Source of the DNA: a virus
Taxonomy: Duplodnaviria; Heunggongvirae; Uroviricota; Caudoviricetes
Reading direction: 5' to 3' (one strand)
Length of the DNA stretch: 49,579 nt
IMG/VR virus record: IMGVR_UViG_3300021354_000001
Span: 64,067 to 113,645 of that record
Made by a program: the position numbers and the translations under genes. Each line of letters starts with the position of its first letter. Within the stretch, counting starts at the first letter, position 1. Positions 1 through 10,800 of this stretch are shown in pieces. The notes under the pieces were generated by a model. That model saw only the letters and a program-made list of their open reading frames with translations. It made no database searches and had not been told where the DNA came from.

Positions 1-3000
1 GAACAATTGTTTAAGGATATAGATACAGGTAAATTTAAAAAAGCTAAACTTTCAGAAAGTGTAAAAGACCTAGAACCATTATATAGTCCTGTTGAAGGAA
101 TCACTCCTAAGCAAACACATGAGTTTGTTCAAGATATGACTCTTAGAGCTAGAAACTTCTTATTCAATGAGAATAAAGAATCTATATATAATCCTGCTAA
201 AATGACAAGCAATGAACTATTTAGACAAATAGAAGCTGCTTATATTATAGAGGGAAAAAGAGAAAGACTAAGTGATAAAGCTTGGGTTGATCTTGTTCAA
301 AAGACTAAAGAGTCTTTAAGAACATCTCTAGGTTTGAAGTTTAATGAAGAGGGTATAGCTGATTTAAATGCTGAAGATGCTAATACTAGAGAATATGATA
401 GAGATCCATTTAGTATGGGTAGAAATGATGCTTCTCCTGCTATTAAGATTGGATTAATGCTTCCTATGGTTTCTAATAAAGCTACATTAGGAAAGCTTCC
501 TGAAAGACAAATGTCTAGTATTGATGGATATAAAATCCTACCATATGTTCAATCATTCTCTACAATCATGGATAAATTATCCAATACAAGTGATGTAGAT
601 TTAATTGTAAAGAAATTAGGAGAACTTGCTAAGAATGATCCTAATTATGTTAGAGTGTTTAAAGATATTGGTGGTGATCCTAATGGTTTTACATTCAGTC
701 AAGATAATTTATCAACTCCAGCTGATTGGAGATACTTTGTTGACTTCTATCAAACCTTTAGTAAAATGAGACCAAATGTGGTAGCTCAATATACTAATGG
801 TAATGAAGTTTATTTGGGGGCAGCTAACTTATATACAGCAGCTAAGGGTGTTCAAAAAGGATGGTTACAGAATATGAGAGACCTTGCTAAACAACCAGGT
901 TCTCTTATCAAGTTTGATTCTGAGACTAAAACATATGGTACTGATCCTGAGGTATTTAAGAATACCCCAATAGGAAATGATATTGCTAAGTTAAACTTCT
1001 TAAACCAATTAGGAGTTAATGTTACACCAGAGATGTTTGCTAAGTTTAGTGATAAAGATCAAGAAGAGGTAGCTATTCAAGCTAGCTTAATACATGAATA
1101 TTTAAAAGAAAAGAAAGATTTAGTAAGTCTTACCGATGGTACATTAGATGTTAAAGGTAGATTTGCAACTATAGCTGAGGTTGTAGTTAAGTCAACTAAT
1201 CCATTACAAGATGGTATATATACAGGTGTAGATGGTAAAACAAGACAAGCTAACTCACAAAATAATGCTCTATCTTTATTTGCAAATAGGTTTAATGAAT
1301 CTAATACATTAACTGAACTTAAACAAAATAGACCAGAACTTAATGATGTATTCTGTACACACTCTCTAACTCTTCAAAAAGGAGGACAATTCTTTGATAA
1401 AGATGGTGTTAAAATTCCAGGAAAAGAATTACAAGTGGGATTAATCAGTGGTGATTTAGATGAAGTGAAAGATAAAGGTAGAGGAGTTACTAAACTTTCT
1501 CTTGGTAAAAGACTTGCTGCAGAAATTAATCAAAATGTAAATGGTTCATTTTATGTTCTTAATCCAGGAGATAGTGCTTCTGAATGGCAAAAGAATTTAG
1601 GTATCAATGTTCCATTTAAAGATGTACAAGGAGGTATTGAAAGCGATATTCATAATATTTTTAAAGGTTATTTATTAGATGATGTTGCTCTAGCATTAGA
1701 TTATAAAAATAGACAAAAACTTGCTAACGTTGGTAAGAAAGCTAAAGAACTAAGATTCTTTAAGGATGTTCTTTCTGATAAAGAAGGTAATGCTAATGAT
1801 CAATTAGAAGCAATAAATAATATGATTATTGCAAATAAAAGCTATGATGAAATTAGTAAATATATTACAGATAATATTTCTAAGATTAACACTAGTATTA
1901 TTAAATACTTAGATAATTCTGCAAATATACTTAAAAATGCTTTAATAAAGAATGACCAAATCAAATTAGCTCCAACTAAAAAAGAAGGATCTGATGAAGT
2001 TTTTTATACATTTAAAGGATTAACAAATAAGTTTGCTGAAGAGGCTGGTATTAATAAACTTATGTTAAGTGAACAAGATGTTAATGATTTAGTTAAATTT
2101 ATTGATACAAATAAAACTATAGCAAATATTGAATTTCATAAAATATTATTTGGTGATCCTTATCAATTTAAAGTGAAAGTTGAGAATGGTAAAACTATTT
2201 TTGACCAAACTAAGCGTGTGAAATCTTTTGATTCTCCTGCTGCAACAACATTCAATAGTGATGCATTTAACAACTGGCATAATATAGAATATAATAAAAC
2301 TGGATTATTTGGTCAAGAAGGTAGAATTATAATAGAGAAAGGTACTCCAGGATATGATGAGTTCAAAGATTATATGAGCACTGTTACTACTAATGATGTA
2401 GATGTTATTGGTAGAGTGATGGGTAAATCTACAGAGAATGATGCTTCTTCTATATTGATTGATAGAGCATATAGACAAGTTAAACTTAGAAATGCTGATT
2501 GGGGTCCTGATGCTGAAGCTAACTTCCAATGGAATATGGCTTATACAAGAAGAGCTCTTAATATAAGAAAAGATGTTGAGTGGACCTATGGAGATAATGA
2601 TGCTTTAAAAGCTCATGATGAAGCATTGCTTGCTACACCAGAACCTAAATTTATTAGAGAGGTATTAAAACCTATTGTTAGAGGTAATAAGTATGGTAGT
2701 GATAGAATTGATCTTATATTAGATAAAGATTCTCAAATGCCTTTATATTATAAAGATGTAGAGAAAGATAACACTGTATTAGCAGATTTATATATTAAGA
2801 TGTTACAAGAAGGTAATAAAGATTATATTATTGCTAAGAGTGGTAGAAAGTTAGGTATTGAAGGAATTCATGAATTATATGTTGATGGTAAATTTAACAC
2901 TGCACCATTTGCTGATGACACTATTGTAAATGTTCCTTGGAGTATATATGGTATTCAAGTGGAAAATAATTATGATGCTAAAGGAGGAAAAGTTACCTCT

Positions 3001-6000
3001 TCTGTACAGGTTCCTAAAATTATTAACTTAGACTTATTTGCTAATGGTAAACCAGTTACAACAGATGTAAAAAGAGCAGCAATTATTCAAGCTGAATATG
3101 ATCGTGGTGTAAGAATTAAAAATGCTCTTAATCAAAATGGATATGAGAACTTATTAAATAAACTTGGAATAGATGAAAATTTTAATGTAATTAATAGACA
3201 AGCATTAGCTGATTCTTTAAATCATGAAATTCTTAGAACTGCTGTTTCAGAGAATGTAAAAGATGCTATTACATTAGATGATAATGGTAACTTCATTATT
3301 CCATTTGAAGCTACATTCTCATATAAGAAGATTAAGGACATCATCTATTCAATGTTAGATAAGTCTATCAACCATGCTAAAACAAGTGGTGATGCATATG
3401 TACAGGCTCCTGTAACTATGTGGGAAGATGCTAGTAAGGGTAGAAGAGTAGTAGAAATAAATGGTAAGAAAGTATTAACAGATGACACTCTTCATTTCCC
3501 TACCAAAGAAGATCCATATATGGAAGTGATGCTTCCTCATTGGTTTGGTGAAAAGATAAAAAATAATAAGAGATTTGATACTGATGAGAAAGTTCTTAAC
3601 TATTTAAACACTACAACAGAAGGAAAAGAGATTCTTAGTGGTATAGCTTTCCGTATTCCTTGTACAGGAATGAACTCTATAGATTCTATAAGAGTTGCAA
3701 AGTTCTTACCACAAGCTATGGGTAAAACTGTAGTGGTACCTTCTGAAATTACAGTTAAAGCAGGTTCTGATTTTGACGTAGATAAACTTACTACTTATTT
3801 AAAGAATGTATACATTGATAAAAATAATGATTTAAAACTTGTTAGATATCAAGGATCTGAAGAAGCTACAAGAGCTTTCTTTGCTAAAAATTGGGATGAT
3901 ATTATAGAGGTTAAGAAGTTTAAAAAAGCTGAATTATTAGAAGCTGCTCAAATCCTATCTTATGATCTTGAAGATCCAAAAGGATTAGTAGAAAAATATG
4001 CTAATATATTAGATCAATTTAATCCTGAAACTTTAAGTCAGCTTGAAAATGATATAATGACTTCACTTGAAAAATTAGGTGATATTGATGCACAAGCTAA
4101 ATTAAAAGCAGATTATATCAATGACCATTATAGAGCTGCATTAGAAAATGAATACTATGATCATTTAGAAAAAATGATTAATCTTCCAGAAGTTTATGAG
4201 CAAAGAATGACTCCTGTAGATGATGCTGGATTAGCTAAGTTTGCTGATGAAATAAATGATCTTGAAAATAATAAAGATGAAGATATTAAGAATAGAATGA
4301 TTAATGGTACCTATCTTACAGAACAAAGACATGCTTTTGCTATGGCTAAAGCTTGGATAGGTATTGTTGCTTCAAACATTGCTGCTCATTCTGTTGCTCA
4401 AAAAGGTAATATAATTTTAGATCCTACTAGATTTGATAATATTGATCCTGCAGATCTTAAATATCTTGGAGATGGTAAGATTAATATTCCTCATAATAAA
4501 ATAGAAATTAATGGTGTAACATATGCAACTCTTTCTGGAGTTACAACAGCTGATGGTTCAACTAATATATCTACAAGATTAAGTGGACATGGATCTGCTG
4601 TAGTAGATGTAGTTAAAGATCCATTTATTCTTAAGATTATTAATAGTAATCTTGCTCCTACAATTGCAATGTTCTTAGAAAGAATGGGTACTGGTGAAAC
4701 AGGACTTTTATTAATGAAACAACCAATTGTTAAAGATTTTTTAACTAGATTAGATAATCGTGGTGCTTCTTCATTATTTAATCAATTTGATATTGATGAT
4801 GCTTTTAGTAGATTTATAACCACTGAAAGTGCAATAATATCTGCAGATACATTGAATATTGATAAACTTGAAGAGAATATTAGAAAATATAATAGAGAAG
4901 GACTCACTTCTAAAGAAAATGCTGAACAGCATTTAATATTAAATGAGTTCTTGAAATATGCTAAGATGTCTGAATATATGTCTGACATTAACCAAGCTCT
5001 TACATATGACACAGCTAAATTTGGTAATGGAGAAGCTTTAAGCAAGAAGCAATATAGAACAGAAAGAGCATTAAGTAACAATATATTTGGTGGTGTTCAA
5101 GAGTTATTAGACAATACATTCTTAGGAGAACAATCTAAATTTCTTGATAAAGGTATAAATGCTATTGGTGAAATATTAAAACTTGAAGGTAGAGACTTTA
5201 GAAACATTACTAACCAAGTGTTAGATCCATACATGAAGAATAAGTATTTAGGAGCTAATGACTTTAATACTATTGGAAACAAGATTAAAATGTCTTTCTT
5301 AGACTACATCATTCAAATTAAAAGTGATATTAGTGATAGTATTAAACCTCTTATTGCTGACACACAAACATCAATTGCTTCTCAATTAGCTAAAGCTAAA
5401 GAAGAATATCCTGATATGGAGATATTAAAAGTGCTAGAATCTACACCTGCTATTAGAGAAGGTGGTCCAAGGTCTGTTACATTAAAAATTAATTTAAGAA
5501 ATGATGCAGCTACAGAGGATATCTTCACTGGATATATGAGAGAACTTAGAGATAATGTCGGAACTAATGAATTATATAATAATTTAGTAAAGGTGGCTAT
5601 TCTTCAAGGTATGTACAAGTCTCCAATATCTATTAGTAACATCATCCCTGTAGAAGATTTTAGTAAGTCTATTACACCTATTGTTACTGGTTTACATGTT
5701 GATAAAGAATTAGAAAACTTTACTAAAGGTTGGTTCCAAAGAAACAATTTTAAAGATAAAAGTGTATTTACTAGAATAGAGCCCAAATTTAAAGTGGGTT
5801 CATGGAGTGGTCCTTCTTGGGACCCTAATAGTATTCCTACAATTTATTATTCTATACAACATTTTCCTACAATAGAAACATATAACATTGCTTCTACAGA
5901 TAGAAAAATTCTTAAACTTAATGAGAAGTATAATTACCAGGGAACTAAATCTGACTATGTTCAATTTGCTAGAGGATTAGAAGTAACTAGAGGAGGTAAA

Positions 6001-7872
6001 CCTACAGGAGAAATAATTGATGTTCAAACAGGTAAGCCTATCAGTAAGAACCAATTAAGACTTATGAAAGAGAAAGGAGACACTTCTTTTAAAGACTTAT
6101 ATAACTATCAAAGAGTTACAAATGCAGATGGTTCACCATTCTATGTATATGAGGATGGAGATAAGATACATGTATATAAGCTAATTAATGTATATGGTGA
6201 CGGTAACTTAGTACATGAATACTATGACAGTTTCAAACCTTCTCCATTTAATACTGGTACAATACAAGTGAAAGAAGAACTTACAGATGAGCAAGTGAGA
6301 AATGCTTTATCATTTAAAGCTGATCCAGGTGCTGTTTCTATAGAATTAGCTATAAAAGATGTTAATAAACAAATTGTAATACAAGAAAAACCTATTGAAA
6401 CTCAACCAGTTAAAGAAAAGCCAATTGAGAAAGCTCAACCTACAAGAACTATTCTTGAGGCTAGACAAAATCCTATTGATTACACACCAGGACAAATTAA
6501 AGCTTTGAATCAAGTGGGAGCTTTAATTGATAAGAATGAGCAAGGGTATTATTTATTAGCTGGATATGCTGGTACAGGTAAGACAACTATTGCTGAAAAT
6601 ATAGCTAACTATGCTCAAGAAAATGGTAGACAAGTACATATATTAGCTCCTACAAATAAAGCTGCTAAGGTGTTAAATGACAAACTTAAAGCTACAGGAG
6701 TTAGAACAGATGCACAAACTATTCATAAAGCAATTTATGGAGAGCCTGATTCTAATACAGGAGAATGGATACCTAAGACTAACTTAAAGAATAGTGTTAT
6801 ACTAGTAGATGAGTCTTCTATGATATCTAAGGATGTGATGGCAGATCTTATTACTAATAGTAAAAACAATAATATTATTGTATTTATGGGTGATAGCTTT
6901 CAATTAGAACCTGTAGGAGATGATTCTAAATTATTTACAGGAGGAGTTCCTCAAGTGATAAACTCACAATCTCAACTTACTGAAGTAAAAAGACAATCTT
7001 TAGATAGTAATATATTAAAAGTGGCTACATTAGTTAGAACTGATAATAAAGGATATATTCCTGAACAATCTATGGATGATTTTAAAGTTAGTAAATCTAG
7101 AGGTGAGTTCATAAAAGAGTTTAGAGAAGCTATTAAGAATAATGAAAATGCTGTAGCTATTGTTGCAACAAACAATGAAAGACTTATAATGAATGATGCT
7201 GCTAGAATGGAGAAATTTGGACCAGATAGAAAAATATTAAATGATGGAGAAACATTAATTGCTGTAGCTAACTCTTCTGATATCCCTAACTCAGAGATAT
7301 TTAAAGCAGTTGAGATGAGAGGTGAACCTGAAAAACATGTATTAACATTTGACTTTAATGGTAAAGAATCTACATACAATATGTATTTAGTACATATTGT
7401 TGGAGAAGATGGTAAAGAGAGAAAGGTGATGCATTTTCCTGCATTAGATAAACCTAGTTTATATCACTCTCAAATATTAACAGCTATTCGTAATTCTAAT
7501 CCACAATTATTTAGTAATCTAGATAATGATAGTGATATTATTCATACCAAAAAAGGAGCTAAACTTTCTCCAGCAATTGTAATCTCTACATATGGATATG
7601 CTGTAACAGCTCATAAATCTCAAGGTTCTCAATGGGATAAGGTGTTTGTAAACCAAAACTATAATGCTCCAGGTTGGAATCCTGCTAGATGGTATTACAC
7701 AGCTATTACAAGAAGTGCTAAAGACTTAGTTGTTCTACCTTCAGCTAGTAATATTAGAATCAAAAATGCTGATATAGAAAGCAAGATAAATTCTATTGTT
7801 CCTGAAGAAAATGATATAACTTTGCAAATAGAAAATGAGACAGGTTTAAATACTAAAGACTTTAAATGTTAA
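1..7872 (+). CDS. Giant virion RNA polymerase (two-barrel, crAss-like) with C-terminal Dda/RecD-like SF1B helicase; 5'-truncated by the window edge
   Basis: GSDFDVDKL metal-binding loop (DFDVD at 3769-3783) preceded by FRIP; also LKPIVRG..DKDSQMPL and GIQVE. C-terminus has Walker A GYAGTGKT (6562-6585), LAPTNKAA, Walker B VDESSM, GDSFQLEPV, YAVTAHKSQGSQW and YTAITR. Frame is open to base 1. Confidence 0.85.
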   Translation, partial: EQLFKDIDTGKFKKAKLSESVKDLEPLYSPVEGITPKQTHEFVQDMTLRARNFLFNENKESIYNPAKMTSNELFRQIEAAYIIEGKRERLSDKAWVDLVQKTKESLRTSLGLKFNEEGIADLNAEDANTREYDRDPFSMGRNDASPAIKIGLMLPMVSNKATLGKLPERQMSSIDGYKILPYVQSFSTIMDKLSNTSDVDLIVKKLGELAKNDPNYVRVFKDIGGDPNGFTFSQDNLSTPADWRYFVDFYQTFSKMRPNVVAQYTNGNEVYLGAANLYTAAKGVQKGWLQNMRDLAKQPGSLIKFDSETKTYGTDPEVFKNTPIGNDIAKLNFLNQLGVNVTPEMFAKFSDKDQEEVAIQASLIHEYLKEKKDLVSLTDGTLDVKGRFATIAEVVVKSTNPLQDGIYTGVDGKTRQANSQNNALSLFANRFNESNTLTELKQNRPELNDVFCTHSLTLQKGGQFFDKDGVKIPGKELQVGLISGDLDEVKDKGRGVTKLSLGKRLAAEINQNVNGSFYVLNPGDSASEWQKNLGINVPFKDVQGGIESDIHNIFKGYLLDDVALALDYKNRQKLANVGKKAKELRFFKDVLSDKEGNANDQLEAINNMIIANKSYDEISKYITDNISKINTSIIKYLDNSANILKNALIKNDQIKLAPTKKEGSDEVFYTFKGLTNKFAEEAGINKLMLSEQDVNDLVKFIDTNKTIANIEFHKILFGDPYQFKVKVENGKTIFDQTKRVKSFDSPAATTFNSDAFNNWHNIEYNKTGLFGQEGRIIIEKGTPGYDEFKDYMSTVTTNDVDVIGRVMGKSTENDASSILIDRAYRQVKLRNADWGPDAEANFQWNMAYTRRALNIRKDVEWTYGDNDALKAHDEALLATPEPKFIREVLKPIVRGNKYGSDRIDLILDKDSQMPLYYKDVEKDNTVLADLYIKMLQEGNKDYIIAKSGRKLGIEGIHELYVDGKFNTAPFADDTIVNVPWSIYGIQVENNYDAKGGKVTSSVQVPKIINLDLFANGKPVTTDVKRAAIIQAEYDRGVRIKNALNQNGYENLLNKLGIDENFNVINRQALADSLNHEILRTAVSENVKDAITLDDNGNFIIPFEATFSYKKIKDIIYSMLDKSINHAKTSGDAYVQAPVTMWEDASKGRRVVEINGKKVLTDDTLHFPTKEDPYMEVMLPHWFGEKIKNNKRFDTDEKVLNYLNTTTEGKEILSGIAFRIPCTGMNSIDSIRVAKFLPQAMGKTVVVPSEITVKAGSDFDVDKLTTYLKNVYIDKNNDLKLVRYQGSEEATRAFFAKNWDDIIEVKKFKKAELLEAAQILSYDLEDPKGLVEKYANILDQFNPETLSQLENDIMTSLEKLGDIDAQAKLKADYINDHYRAALENEYYDHLEKMINLPEVYEQRMTPVDDAGLAKFADEINDLENNKDEDIKNRMINGTYLTEQRHAFAMAKAWIGIVASNIAAHSVAQKGNIILDPTRFDNIDPADLKYLGDGKINIPHNKIEINGVTYATLSGVTTADGSTNISTRLSGHGSAVVDVVKDPFILKIINSNLAPTIAMFLERMGTGETGLLLMKQPIVKDFLTRLDNRGASSLFNQFDIDDAFSRFITTESAIISADTLNIDKLEENIRKYNREGLTSKENAEQHLILNEFLKYAKMSEYMSDINQALTYDTAKFGNGEALSKKQYRTERALSNNIFGGVQELLDNTFLGEQSKFLDKGINAIGEILKLEGRDFRNITNQVLDPYMKNKYLGANDFNTIGNKIKMSFLDYIIQIKSDISDSIKPLIADTQTSIASQLAKAKEEYPDMEILKVLESTPAIREGGPRSVTLKINLRNDAATEDIFTGYMRELRDNVGTNELYNNLVKVAILQGMYKSPISISNIIPVEDFSKSITPIVTGLHVDKELENFTKGWFQRNNFKDKSVFTRIEPKFKVGSWSGPSWDPNSIPTIYYSIQHFPTIETYNIASTDRKILKLNEKYNYQGTKSDYVQFARGLEVTRGGKPTGEIIDVQTGKPISKNQLRLMKEKGDTSFKDLYNYQRVTNADGSPFYVYEDGDKIHVYKLINVYGDGNLVHEYYDSFKPSPFNTGTIQVKEELTDEQVRNALSFKADPGAVSIELAIKDVNKQIVIQEKPIETQPVKEKPIEKAQPTRTILEARQNPIDYTPGQIKALNQVGALIDKNEQGYYLLAGYAGTGKTTIAENIANYAQENGRQVHILAPTNKAAKVLNDKLKATGVRTDAQTIHKAIYGEPDSNTGEWIPKTNLKNSVILVDESSMISKDVMADLITNSKNNNIIVFMGDSFQLEPVGDDSKLFTGGVPQVINSQSQLTEVKRQSLDSNILKVATLVRTDNKGYIPEQSMDDFKVSKSRGEFIKEFREAIKNNENAVAIVATNNERLIMNDAARMEKFGPDRKILNDGETLIAVANSSDIPNSEIFKAVEMRGEPEKHVLTFDFNGKESTYNMYLVHIVGEDGKERKVMHFPALDKPSLYHSQILTAIRNSNPQLFSNLDNDSDIIHTKKGAKLSPAIVISTYGYAVTAHKSQGSQWDKVFVNQNYNAPGWNPARWYYTAITRSAKDLVVLPSASNIRIKNADIESKINSIVPEENDITLQIENETGLNTKDFKC

Positions 7873-7875
7873 TCA

Positions 7876-10800
7876 ATGATAGGTTGTCAAGACGGTATAC
7901 AAAATGCTATTAGAAAATATGTAGAGGATAAATCTTATTTAAGATTTGATGGAAAAGACTTTATAGAAGTTCTTACATCATATAAAGCAAGAGTAAATCC
8001 TTCTAATTATTATAGAGTGGCAGAATCTGTAGCTAAAAAACTAAACAAAGATATTAATACAGATCTTGTATTAGGTAAGATATTTTATCCAAAACAATAT
8101 TCAGATGGTGTAGGAGTTATAGCAGCTCCTACAAAAGAACAATTAGCATTATTAAATGCTGCTGGAGAAGCTGAATATAAACAAGCTTTAGATAGTCTTG
8201 ATGAAGTTATGCCTAAAAAGGATAGACTTGATTTAGAAAATAATACAAGCTTTGGTGTAAATAGTGAAGGAGATAGTATGTTACAAAAACCAGGAACTGA
8301 AAGTTCTTTAGCTTCTCCAGAAACAGTTAATTTAGTTAAAGACCTACTTACTAGATTAGGTGTTGATATTAAAGAAGTTGAAAAGATTTATAACAATGGT
8401 GTAAAACAAAATGCTAATGGTATAGCTAGACTAACACAAAGATTAGTAGAAGTGATTCAAGGAGCTGAGGCTAAATCTCTTGGTGAAGAAGGTATGCACT
8501 TTGTTGTAGCTATCATTAAACAAACTAATCCTCAGCTTTATAAACAACTATTAAAAGAAATTAATAGTTATGATATGCTTAATAGGGTGTATGAGAATTA
8601 TGGAACAGATCCTAACTATCAACTTAATGGTAAACCAGATGTATTAAAACTTAAAGAAGAAGCTATTGCTAAAGTTTTAATTGAACATATTATTGATAAA
8701 AATGAAGGATCTACAGAAAAACCTGAGAACTTAGCTAAAACAGAAACATGGTGGCAAAAAATTATTAATTTCATTAAAGGCTTATTTGCTAAAAATGGAT
8801 TTGATAAAGCTGCTATGGATATTATTACTGGAAAAGATATAGGTACAGCTGCTGATATTAGAGAAGAGGCAGGAAGAACATTTGAACAAAAGAAAACAGG
8901 AGATTCACAAACAGATACATTTGATCTTATAAAAGAGGAGGAAAGTAAAATGACTCCTCCAGATAATACTAAAAAAACTCCTTATACATATAATGGAAAA
9001 GATGTAGGTCTTAGAACAAGTGATGTCATAAAAGAATATTATAATGATGTATTTAGAGGTAGAAAAGGTGGAACAGATGAAGAATTTGCAGAAGCTATCA
9101 ACTCTATATATGCAGAAACAGGAACCACTTGGCATGCTGTTCAAGATAGTTTAGTAAAAAATGTATTCACTGATAAAGATGGTTATGTTAGAGAAATAGA
9201 AGGAGATGATAGTGATTATATATCCAACTTAGATGAAATAGATAGAGGGATATATACTATGTTAAAAGACAATATGCGAGATAGAATTAAATCACTTAAT
9301 GAGGATAGAAAGACTAGATTCTTAAGTGAGGTGATGATCATCAATCCTAAATATGGAAGAGCAGGTCTTGCAAGCACTGTAGACTTTATGGCAATTAAAA
9401 GTAATGGTAATATTATTCTTCTTGACTGGAAGTTTATGAAATTAAACACTGATAAATATCAAGATGTTCAATGGTATAAAATTGGTGCTTGGAATGAGCA
9501 AATGGATCTTATTAAGAATACACTTGTAAAAGCATACGGAATTAATCCAAATAGATTTGAACAAGCTATGATGATTCCTATTAGAGCTAATTATAGTAGT
9601 GTTAATAAAGCTAAAAATATTCTTCCTAGACTTTTAAGTATAGAAATAGGAGATGTTAATATTAAAAACATTGCTCTAGATTATTTAATACCTGTAGGCA
9701 TTGAATCTCAATCTACTGGTAAAGATCGTATAGATAGATTATTAAAATCATTAAATGCTGATTATAAGGCAATGGCTAATCAACCTGCAATAGGTTTTAC
9801 TGCTAAGTCTGAGAAGGCTGAGCAAATGAATGCTGCTTTTTCTGCTATAAGAAAATTACAAATGCAGCAAGATATTAAACCATTATTAAAGCAGGCTGAT
9901 ATATTAATGTATTATATCAAGAAAACAATAAATAATTATAAAACTAATTGGGAAGGAACAGATCCATTTATATATAGTGATGAAGTTATGAGTTCATTTT
10001 CTGATGAATTAAGAAATCATCAAGCTTCTTTAAATCCTTATTTAACATTAAATACAGCATTAGCAGAATTATTTGAAAATGATCTTGATAAAGATCAAAA
10101 AGAACTTAAAACAAGACTTAGAGATACAGTGTTTGAGGCAGCTGATCTAATGGAAAGTCTTAAAGAAACTCAAATAAAGTTTGGTGAAAACTTCTTAGCT
10201 GCAAGAGAAGGATTTGATGAATTAGCAAAAGCTGATAAAATAGTTAGAGGAATGGCATGGTTATTTAACTCAATCCCATTAATTCAAACTAGAGGAATAC
10301 AAGTATTTTTTGCTAAAGAAAATAGAACCTTAGCATTAGCTGCTCAAGAAATTTTTAATCAAGCAGAACAATTAAAAAGTATTAGTAAGGAATATCTTCC
10401 AATGGCTACTTCTAAAGGACTTACAAGAAAGAATATTCTTGATCCAATTAAGAAAAAAGATAAACATGAACTTATTGATGAATATAACCCTGAATTCTAT
10501 GAGCAATTAAAAACTAAAATAGAAGAAGGTGATATTAAATGGATTAGAGACAATGTAGATATTGATGCTACAAAAGCTTTATTGCAAGAAAGACTTGATA
10601 AAGAACTTGAAAGTGTTACTAATAGAGGTAATGCAGAAGGTCTATCTGAAGATGAACTTAATAGAAAATTAGATGCTAAACGTAGAGAATGGGATAGTTC
10701 TGAAAAAGGAGCTGGTTGGTTACAATATTATCAAGTTAAACAAAATCCTATAAGAGATAAGTGGGAGTCTCCAGAGTTTAAAAAATTAAATAGTCCTGGA

